Positions 31,341 through 38,721 of a stretch of DNA of 38,721 nt are shown piece after piece. The stretch comes from an uncultured archaeon (GTDB taxonomy: Archaea; Asgardarchaeota; Lokiarchaeia; Sigyniarchaeales; SOKP01), in NCBI GenBank assembly GCA_964632315.1, contig CAZWEM010000048.1, positions 1 through 38,721 on the forward strand, in the 5' to 3' direction. The position numbers and the translations under genes are program-made. Each line of letters begins with the position of its first letter. The first letter of the stretch is position 1. The notes under the pieces are model-generated. The model was given only the letters and a program-made list of their open reading frames with translations, was not told the origin of the DNA and ran no database searches.

Positions 31341-32270
31341 TTGGCCGACGCACTCGTAGCAAGAACATTCGGTATGGATTTTATATACTTTGATTTAATC
31401 TTCATAGCAATTTGGCTTTACCTTTTAATTAAAAAGAAATATTGGGTTCCAATATTCTGGGGATTATTAGGTTGGGTTGCGTATATAATTGCTGACTATG
31501 TTATATGGTATCTATTAACTCATACAAGGCATTATAGTGGGCCTTTGAATCCCTTTGTGTTTTTTATGTGGTTCTGCTTCTCACCGGGATTTGTTCAGTT
31601 TTCTTACGTTATAGTTATGTTTGAGAAACGAAATCGGAATGAATTAATATTTTGGACGTCATTGCTTTACCTGGGATGGACCGCCGTAGCTCTTGGATCT
31701 CAACTAATCCCTTTAGATGATAGAATCATCATAGTTTATAGAGATATGAACGTTCTTAATCAAAGGATTATTGAAGTGTCATTAGTCCTCGTAAATGTAA
31801 TTGTTGCGATATTCTTATATTTAAAAAAGAAGTTGCGATTGGAAGATATTGCCTTCTTATTTGTTGTAGGAACATTAGTGGAATTAGCTTTAGAATTTAC
31901 ATTATCCGTTTCAAATATTCGTCAGGCACAAGGATCCTGGAGTATAGTATTATTAATTATTAATTCATTGATCGAATTTAATTTAGGGATTGTATTAATG
32001 TATTTATTATGGGCTATTTTTAAGGTCAAACGATATAAACATTATTATTATCAATTGAGTTATATGGACTTAAATCATATTAAAACTGATTTTGATGGAG
32101 TTGCATCTATTTGCCGAAATCAAGAAATTAATGAACGATATATACAAAAATATATGAAATTGTATTCACGTAAAGATTTTTTATCCGATATTCAGTATTA
32201 TTGTAAAAGTTATCTTCCAAATTCTAACATGGAGGAGTTAATTATAAAAATAAAAAAGATTTGGGTTTAA
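31341..32270 (+). CDS. Hypothetical multi-pass membrane protein
   Basis: 309 aa, with roughly 7 hydrophobic segments and a soluble C-terminal tail. Confidence 0.7.
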   Translation: MADALVARTFGMDFIYFDLIFIAIWLYLLIKKKYWVPIFWGLLGWVAYIIADYVIWYLLTHTRHYSGPLNPFVFFMWFCFSPGFVQFSYVIVMFEKRNRNELIFWTSLLYLGWTAVALGSQLIPLDDRIIIVYRDMNVLNQRIIEVSLVLVNVIVAIFLYLKKKLRLEDIAFLFVVGTLVELALEFTLSVSNIRQAQGSWSIVLLIINSLIEFNLGIVLMYLLWAIFKVKRYKHYYYQLSYMDLNHIKTDFDGVASICRNQEINERYIQKYMKLYSRKDFLSDIQYYCKSYLPNSNMEELIIKIKKIWV

Positions 32271-32297
32271 TACTCACCAGAAAATGTTGAAGTACAA

Positions 32298-33425
32298 ATG
32301 TATGAGTTAAGCTATAAAAACTATTATAATAAAGTATTAGGTTCGTGGTTGGGCAGAATTGCAGGTGATTTTGTTGGGGCACCAGTTGAATTCATGCCTT
32401 ATAGTGATAGGAAAAAGAAATTTGGTGACATTACATATTATCCTAAACCCATTGACTTAAGTTATGTGAATGACGACGAGATGTATGAAATCTGTGCCTT
32501 GATCGCGTTAGAAAAATATGGCATTAATTTAACGGCTAATGACATCGCAAACGAGTGGAAAGACCGACTCTATGACCAAAACTTCACAGCTGAATATATT
32601 GCCTTGCAGAATTTAAGATCCGGAATCCTCCCTCCATTATCAGGACAACATAACAATATTTATTTTGATGCTATTGGGGCTCAAATGAGAGCAGATATAT
32701 GGGGACAAGTTACTCCTGGAGCTCCAGAACTTGCAAAGACTTATGCTATGATGGATGGCTCTATATCTCACGCTGGTGTTGGTATTGAAGGTGAAATCTA
32801 CGTTGCTGGTATGATTTCAAATGCGTTCTTTGAAAACGATGTAAGAGAAGTAATAGAAAAATCTTTAAAAATCCTTCCAAATCCTTCAAATAGTTTATAC
32901 ACCCAAATGGTAATGAAAGCTATAGAAATATACGAAGGTAATTCTGACAATTTTGAAGATGGTAGAGAAACCTTGATCCATTTTTGGGAAAGCATTTTGT
33001 TGAAGAAAATTGCCGTAGAAGGAGTAAAGGGATCAAAATCTGATACATTATTAAATAGAAAGAGGAAAAGGTATCTTACGTTTAACCCAGGATTACATGT
33101 ACTGCCAAATATTGGAATCATAATTTTATCACTACTTTATGGAAAAAAGGATGAGAAAGACCCTCTTGGGAGAAGTATTTGTATTTCTGCTATGATGGGG
33201 CTCGACACAGACTGTAATTGTGGAAATATAGGAGCAATTCTCGGAGCGATGTTAGGTTCAAGCGCAATATTCTCAAAGTGGAGTGAGCCTTTACAAGATC
33301 ATTTTTCTACCTATGTAAAAGGATATGAAGCATGGAAAATCACGGAATTAGCTCGCAGGGTCACGAAAGTTGGCAAAAAAATAATCGAGGAGAAATGTCA
33401 AGGAGAAATAAAATTAATTAAATAA
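32298..33425 (+). CDS. ADP-ribosylglycohydrolase family protein
   Basis: GDFVGAPVE, NDDE, GAQMR, SH and GLDTDCN metal-binding motifs. Confidence 0.85.
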   Translation: MYELSYKNYYNKVLGSWLGRIAGDFVGAPVEFMPYSDRKKKFGDITYYPKPIDLSYVNDDEMYEICALIALEKYGINLTANDIANEWKDRLYDQNFTAEYIALQNLRSGILPPLSGQHNNIYFDAIGAQMRADIWGQVTPGAPELAKTYAMMDGSISHAGVGIEGEIYVAGMISNAFFENDVREVIEKSLKILPNPSNSLYTQMVMKAIEIYEGNSDNFEDGRETLIHFWESILLKKIAVEGVKGSKSDTLLNRKRKRYLTFNPGLHVLPNIGIIILSLLYGKKDEKDPLGRSICISAMMGLDTDCNCGNIGAILGAMLGSSAIFSKWSEPLQDHFSTYVKGYEAWKITELARRVTKVGKKIIEEKCQGEIKLIK

Positions 33426-33453
33426 CATAAGGAAACTAAAAAAGAGGTGAATC

Positions 33454-33738
33454 ATGTCTGAAAAAAAGCCCAAGCATCATCCAATTTTAAATGACGTATT
33501 GAACCTTGCATATCAAACTGATAATTCAATTGAATTCGATGAATATGCAGTTGAACAGATTGAAGCCTTGATAATAAAGTATTCTCAAGAACCAGATTTC
33601 TTTGATGCTATAGAGGAATTAATTAAATTCGCTTACTTTCTTGACATGGAAAAAAGTCAGGTTGCATCTGTAAAAATAATGAAGTCTATTGAGAATCAGA
33701 TAGACTTACTTAAGTCCTTAGGAGGTTTAAAAGATTAA
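33454..33738 (+). CDS. Small acidic hypothetical protein
   Basis: 94 aa, with a strong GAGGTGA RBS immediately upstream. Confidence 0.65.
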   Translation: MSEKKPKHHPILNDVLNLAYQTDNSIEFDEYAVEQIEALIIKYSQEPDFFDAIEELIKFAYFLDMEKSQVASVKIMKSIENQIDLLKSLGGLKD

Positions 33739-33776
33739 TCTATTTGTTTAAAACTGAATTGAGTGAGGTTTAGAAA

Positions 33777-34121
33777 TTGAATGTAAGGGTTAAGAAAAAT
33801 CATACTTCAGATGTTTTAATTCCTTTCAAAGCTAAAAAAGGTGAAATAGTAGTAGGAGAAGAAAAACCAACTCAGTGGGAAGGATGGCTTTATTGTGAAA
33901 ATGAGCAAGGGATAGAAGGATGGGTCCCTAAAGCTTTTATAAATAAAATTCCGAATAAAAAAAAGTTGTTTAAGTTTAATCGAGATTATAATGCATATGA
34001 ACTTTCAGCATCTAAAGGAGATCTCGTCGAAATTAGAGAAACTGTAAGTGGTTGGGCACTCGTGGCCTCCGAAAATGGAGAATTAGGTTGGATTCCTTTA
34101 GAAAATTTGGATTTAGATTAA
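33777..34121 (+). CDS. Tandem SH3-domain protein
   Basis: Two repeats: KKGE...GW...EGWVP and DYNAYELSASKGD...GW...GWIP. TTG start behind GAGGT. Confidence 0.75.
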   Translation: MNVRVKKNHTSDVLIPFKAKKGEIVVGEEKPTQWEGWLYCENEQGIEGWVPKAFINKIPNKKKLFKFNRDYNAYELSASKGDLVEIRETVSGWALVASENGELGWIPLENLDLD

Positions 34122-34161
34122 AAAGTATAGGTTAAAAAGTAATTAAAAAAAAATAAAAGAA

Positions 34162-34830
34162 TTATAGCTTTTTATGGCATAACCACCAATCAAGACACTC
34201 GTAATCCTTTCCTGCGTTTTCTAATCTTTCTTTGGCGGTGTTTACATCTCTTGGTGGTGGAACTATGACATGATCTCCAAAAAGTTCATTTTTGGGCCAA
34301 TTTGCTGGCATTGCTACTTTATTAGCATCCGCGGTTTGGAGAGCTTTTACCACTCTCAGTATTTCTTCCATGTTTCTCCCAATTTCTTGAGGATAATAGA
34401 GAATGATGCGGATAATGCCATTCGCATCGACGATAAACACAGCTCTTACTGTACTTGCTCCTTTTCCAGGATGCACCATACCTAACTTTTTTGCTACTGC
34501 TCCATGATCAGCAATAATCGGGAATGTTATTTCCATATCCAGATGTTCCTTAATCCATTCTTCCCATTTAATATGTGCGAATACTTGATCGATGGATAAT
34601 CCAATAAGATTTGTATTTAATTCATCAAATTTTGGAGTTCTTTTAGCAAACGCATAAAACTCTGTAGTACAAACTGGTGTGAAATCAGCTGGGTGGCTAA
34701 AAAGAACAAACCATTTTCCTCCCTTATTTAGATCATCTGGGAGCTTTATCATCCCATGAGTGGTTCCAACTTCCATTTCAGGAAACTTGTCACCTATCAA
34801 GGGAATGCCGATGTTAACTTCTTCGCTCAT
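34162..34830 (-). CDS. Peroxiredoxin (Prx6/archaeal type)
   Basis: [23 protein letters not shown] and C-terminal CLDWWLC. Confidence 0.93.
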   Translation of the reverse strand: MSEEVNIGIPLIGDKFPEMEVGTTHGMIKLPDDLNKGGKWFVLFSHPADFTPVCTTEFYAFAKRTPKFDELNTNLIGLSIDQVFAHIKWEEWIKEHLDMEITFPIIADHGAVAKKLGMVHPGKGASTVRAVFIVDANGIIRIILYYPQEIGRNMEEILRVVKALQTADANKVAMPANWPKNELFGDHVIVPPPRDVNTAKERLENAGKDYECLDWWLCHKKL

Positions 34831-35047
34831 TGATTTTTCACTTTTAGATTTTTAATATTTTTGATTGCATTTATTGGATGATAATTTGAATACTAATTCA
34901 TTTTTATTATTACTATTTATATTTTATAAAATCAATCTACTCATTACGAATGCTACTTCCTTGCTAATATAAATTAAGTTTGATATAATTCCGGATGAGA
35001 AATTGATTATAATCTATAAATAGCAAATCTCAAATTTCATTTGAAAG

Positions 35048-35089
35048 GGGAAGCGCTTCCCATATTTACCAACTTGGTAAAATTTAAAT
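35048..35089 (+). promoter_or_regulatory. Two adjacent palindromes plus a TATA-like box upstream of aclB
   Basis: GGGAAGCGCTTCCC (35048-35061), TTTACCAA-C-TTGGTAAA (35065-35081) and TTTAAAT (35083-35089). Confidence 0.55.
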
Positions 35090-35158
35090 CCAAATGGACT
35101 ATACTCTTACATATTAAATTATGATAATAATGTAAAATAACAAGAGTTAGATAGAATT

Positions 35159-36451
35159 TTGGCAACGAAAAATATTTATGAATTTGACTCTAAAAAGCTC
35201 ATCGCAAGGGAATTGCCGAAATATTATCCCGGATTTCAGTATCACAACAAATTAGCTTTAATCGAATGCGACACCGATATTGAGAAGGTAATTGAACAGA
35301 ATCCGTGGATGAAAACTGAAAAAGTTGTAGTTAAACCTGATCAACTCTTTGGAAAACGAGGTAAAGCAAATTTAATTTTACTTGATGCTGATTGCGATCA
35401 AATGAAAGGTTTTTGTAATGATAATTTGGAGAAGGTCTGCGTAATATCCGGCATTGAAGGCGAAATCACTCGTTTACTCGTGGAACCATTCATTCCGCAT
35501 GATAAAGAATATTATGTTTCGTTTACTACTGAAAGAGAAAATAATGTAATCCATTTTAGTTTCGAAGGAGGAATTTTTGTCGAAGAAAATTGGGACAAGG
35601 TTATACACATACCTATTCCTGTGGATCAAAAGATTCAGGATTTCGATCTCTCCAGTAAGATGCCCGATTTAGGGGATTTAAAGGATGAGTTAATTCCATT
35701 CATTAAAGGTTTATATCAAGTGTTTGTTGATCAAGATTTTGCGTTTCTTGAAATTAATCCTTTTGCCATCACCAACGAGAAGAAAATAGTACCATTAGAC
35801 GTAAAAGCTCGACTCGATGATACTGCAGCATTCTTACATCTTGATACTTGGGGTAACCCTCAAAATCCAATCGAGTTTCCAAGTGGTTTTGGTCAAAAGA
35901 TGAGTCCTGAAGAAGAGATGATTAAAAATCTGGATGAAAAAACAGGAGCTTCATTGAAATTAACTATTCTTAACAGGAAAGGGCGTATTTGGACCATGGT
36001 CGCTGGAGGAGGAGCTAGTGTTATATATACGGATACAATAGCAGATCTTGGTCTTGCGGCCGAACTATCGAATTATGGTGAATATTCTGGTAATCCCAGT
36101 CAAGAACACACCCAAATATATGCCCAAACACTAATAGATCTCATTACTGAAAATCCAGATCCTGAAGGCAAAGAGAAATACTTAATTATAGGTGGAGGAA
36201 TTGCTAATTTTACTGATGTAAAAGCAACATTCAGAGGGATTGTCGCTGCAATCAAAAATTCGGTAGAAAAATTAAAGAAAGCAAACGTGAAGATATTCGT
36301 TCGTAGAGGAGGACCGAATGAAAAGCAAGGTCTGGAATTGATGAGACAAGTGGGAGATGAAACAGGCATTCCAATAGAAATTTACGATCGATATAATAGC
36401 ATGACACGTCCAGTCGCCAGAATGAAACAAAAAATGGAGGGCGAAGAATAA
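35159..36451 (+). CDS. aclB: ATP-citrate lyase small subunit (ATP-grasp plus citrate-binding domain)
   Basis: VVKPDQLFGKRGK, GASLKLTILN-x-x-GRIWTMVAGGGASVIY, NYGEYSG, GGGIANFTDV and VRRGGPN. TTG start. Confidence 0.95.
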   Translation: MATKNIYEFDSKKLIARELPKYYPGFQYHNKLALIECDTDIEKVIEQNPWMKTEKVVVKPDQLFGKRGKANLILLDADCDQMKGFCNDNLEKVCVISGIEGEITRLLVEPFIPHDKEYYVSFTTERENNVIHFSFEGGIFVEENWDKVIHIPIPVDQKIQDFDLSSKMPDLGDLKDELIPFIKGLYQVFVDQDFAFLEINPFAITNEKKIVPLDVKARLDDTAAFLHLDTWGNPQNPIEFPSGFGQKMSPEEEMIKNLDEKTGASLKLTILNRKGRIWTMVAGGGASVIYTDTIADLGLAAELSNYGEYSGNPSQEHTQIYAQTLIDLITENPDPEGKEKYLIIGGGIANFTDVKATFRGIVAAIKNSVEKLKKANVKIFVRRGGPNEKQGLELMRQVGDETGIPIEIYDRYNSMTRPVARMKQKMEGEE

Positions 36452-38287
36452 ATGGAAGATTATGAATTATTTGATGAGAATACTCAAGCCATTATTTACG
36501 GACTTCAAGCAAATCCTGTCCAGAGAATGCTTGATTTTGATTATGTTTGTCGCAGGAAGAAGCCTTCCGTAGCTGCAATTATCAGAGAAACTCAAGATGC
36601 GGCTATAGCATATCACAAAGTCTTCTGGGGAAGCCAAGAGATTGTCATACCAGTTTATAAAACGCTTAAACTAGCAATAAAAAAGCATCCTAGCGCAGAT
36701 GTCATGATTAATTTTGCTTCGTTTAGATCTGCATACGATACCAGCATGGAAGCACTAGAATCTGATACGATCAGAGTAGTCGTTATTATAGCTGAGGGCG
36801 TCCCAGAAACGCAGAGCCGATTGCTAATTAAGGTTGCGAACAGACGAAATAAAATTATTATTGGTCCAGCAACGGTGGGAGGAATTCGTGCAGGAGCTTT
36901 CAAAATCGCTAACACGGCTGGAACCTTGGAAAATATCAAACTTTCAAAGCTTTATCGACCCGGTTCAGTAGGGTTTGTTAGTAAAAGTGGTGGACTTTCA
37001 AACGAGATGAATTTTATGATCGCTGAAAATACTGATGGAATATATGAATGTATAGCAATTGGTGGCGACCGGTATCCTGGATCTCGGTTAATTGATCATT
37101 TGTTAAGATATGAAGCTAATCCTAAAATTAAGATGTTAGTCTGCTTGGGAGAAATTGGAGGCACTGAAGAATATGAAATTGTTGAAGCTTTAAACACAAA
37201 AGAGATCACAAAACCTATTGTGATATGGGTTACGGGGACTGCTGCTCGCATACTTCCTAAAGGACTTCAATTTGGCCATGCTGGAGCAATGGCTGGGAGT
37301 GATAGAGAAACTGCAGAGGCGAAGAATAAAGCTTTAAAGGAAGCTGGGGCATTAGTACCAGATTCTTATGAGGATTTCGACAAATTGATTCATCGATGCT
37401 ATGAAGATTTGAAGAGCAAGGGAATAATAAAGGAGAAAGAAGAAGTAGAACCACCTGAAATACCAATGGATTTCAAGGAAGCGGTTCGTTTAGGATTAGT
37501 TAGAAGACCAACTGATGTTGTCGTGACAATTTCTGATGATCGTGGTGACGTTCCAACATTTGCTGGCGTTGGACTTGATAAAATTATTGAAGAAGACAAA
37601 TCTCTAGGATTTGTTATCGGATTATTGTGGTTTAAACGAGAGCTACCCGAATTCGCGCAAAAATTCATCGAAATGGTCATTAAATTAACGGCAGACCACG
37701 GTCCAGCTGTTTCAGGGGCTCATAATGCAATTATAACTGCAAGAGCGGGTAAGGATTTGATGTCTTCTCTTGCTTCCGGAATTCTTACAATAGGGCCTCG
37801 ATTTGGAGGTGCAATCTCGGATGCGGCAAAATATATGAAAGAAGCTCTCCAGAAAGAAATGAAACCACAAGAATTCGTCAAATACATGAAAGATGTAGTT
37901 AAGATTAACATTCCTGGCATTGGACATCGCATTAAATCAGTCCAGAACCCAGACATAAGAGTTGTTCTGCTTAAAAAGTTTGTCATGGAGAATTTCAAGA
38001 AACATCCTCATCTCGATTTTGCTTTAGAAGTGGAAAAAATCACGACTGCTAAGAGAAACAACTTAATTCTGAACGTTGATGGTTGCATTGGTATAACTTT
38101 TCTTGATCTTTTAGAGAACTTAGATTTTTCACCCGAAGAAATTGAAGATGTAATAAGCAGTGAAGCCTTGAACGGGTTATTTGTGCTTGGACGTTCTATA
38201 GGAATGATGGGGCACGTGTTTGATCAAAAGCGTCAGAGAGCGGGTTTATATCGACAACCATGGGATGAAATTTTGTTTTCTGAATAA
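36452..38287 (+). CDS. aclA: ATP-citrate lyase large subunit (CoA-binding, phospho-His and citryl-CoA lyase domains)
   Basis: VQRMLDFDYVC, NFASFRSAY, IGPATVGGI, QFGHAGA, ADHGPAVSGAHN, IPGIGHRIKS and LILNVDG. Confidence 0.96.
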   Translation: MEDYELFDENTQAIIYGLQANPVQRMLDFDYVCRRKKPSVAAIIRETQDAAIAYHKVFWGSQEIVIPVYKTLKLAIKKHPSADVMINFASFRSAYDTSMEALESDTIRVVVIIAEGVPETQSRLLIKVANRRNKIIIGPATVGGIRAGAFKIANTAGTLENIKLSKLYRPGSVGFVSKSGGLSNEMNFMIAENTDGIYECIAIGGDRYPGSRLIDHLLRYEANPKIKMLVCLGEIGGTEEYEIVEALNTKEITKPIVIWVTGTAARILPKGLQFGHAGAMAGSDRETAEAKNKALKEAGALVPDSYEDFDKLIHRCYEDLKSKGIIKEKEEVEPPEIPMDFKEAVRLGLVRRPTDVVVTISDDRGDVPTFAGVGLDKIIEEDKSLGFVIGLLWFKRELPEFAQKFIEMVIKLTADHGPAVSGAHNAIITARAGKDLMSSLASGILTIGPRFGGAISDAAKYMKEALQKEMKPQEFVKYMKDVVKINIPGIGHRIKSVQNPDIRVVLLKKFVMENFKKHPHLDFALEVEKITTAKRNNLILNVDGCIGITFLDLLENLDFSPEEIEDVISSEALNGLFVLGRSIGMMGHVFDQKRQRAGLYRQPWDEILFSE

Positions 38288-38345
38288 ATTTAATCTTCAA
38301 AATTTAAATATGAACAAAAATATAAAATGAAAAGAGGTAACAAAT

Positions 38346-38721
38346 ATGGAAGATATGATCCAAAAAGCCAAAGAACACTTTGGAAATATTGTAAAGGAAC
38401 AGCTTGAACGAGTGGAAGCGTTAAAAAACGCTGAAGATTGGATTGATTACACTCAAGTAAAACCAATCATTATTGGAGTTGCTGGTGGAGACGGAATTGG
38501 GCCTGAAATTACAAACCATGCCCGTAAAATCATGGAATTCCTTCTTAAAGAAGAAATCGAAGAAGGAAAGGTTGAAATTCGAGATATAGAAGGACTAACA
38601 ATTGAAAATCGGGCAAAACACATGAAAGCCATCCCTGACGATGTGTTGAAACAGTTGAAAGAATGTAATGTAATTTTAAAAGGACCGACACTTACACCGC
38701 GCAAAGGAGATGGATGGCCCA
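38346..38721 (+). CDS. Isocitrate/isopropylmalate family dehydrogenase, 5' part (truncated by window end); probably isocitrate dehydrogenase
   Basis: Not in the ORF track. Manual translation gives MEDMIQKAKEHF...GDGIGPEI...VILKGPTLTPRKGDGWP with no stop. GAGGT RBS at 38334-38338. Confidence 0.82.
   Translation, partial: MEDMIQKAKEHFGNIVKEQLERVEALKNAEDWIDYTQVKPIIIGVAGGDGIGPEITNHARKIMEFLLKEEIEEGKVEIRDIEGLTIENRAKHMKAIPDDVLKQLKECNVILKGPTLTPRKGDGWP

Noticed and set aside
38453-38704. 83-aa minus-strand ORF
   Set aside because: It is the antisense shadow of the plus-strand IDH-family gene starting at 38346.
1-38721. CRISPR arrays, tRNA/rRNA, transposases or integrases
   Set aside because: No repeat-spacer pattern, structured GC-rich RNA gene or mobile-element protein was seen by eye.

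Overview
AT-rich, gene-dense prokaryotic window, most likely archaeal: it has an archaeal-type PEP carboxylase, an archaeal peroxiredoxin, GAGGTGA ribosome-binding sites, BRE/TATA-like promoters and oligo-T gene ends. An Asgard/Lokiarchaeia-like origin is my inference, not proven. The window is dominated by a near-complete citric-acid-cycle super-cluster. A minus-strand block (25318->10151) runs gltA-acn-ppcA-ndh-korA-korB-sdhA-sdhB-fumC, followed by an FMN-dependent alpha-hydroxy-acid dehydrogenase and a dipeptidase. The plus strand carries another aconitase, sucCD, a two-subunit ATP-citrate lyase (aclBA) and the start of an isocitrate/isopropylmalate-family dehydrogenase that runs off the window end. 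ATP-citrate lyase, 2-oxoacid:ferredoxin oxidoreductase, anchorless SdhAB/FrdAB and PpcA together suggest a reversible or reductive TCA system. No NAD-malate dehydrogenase is present, and the FMN hydroxy-acid dehydrogenase sits in its expected place. Scavenging hydrolases (GH94-like, CocE/NonD, dipeptidase, two sulfatase-family proteins), an MFS transporter and several hypotheticals are interspersed. No rRNA, tRNA, CRISPR array or mobile element was recognised.
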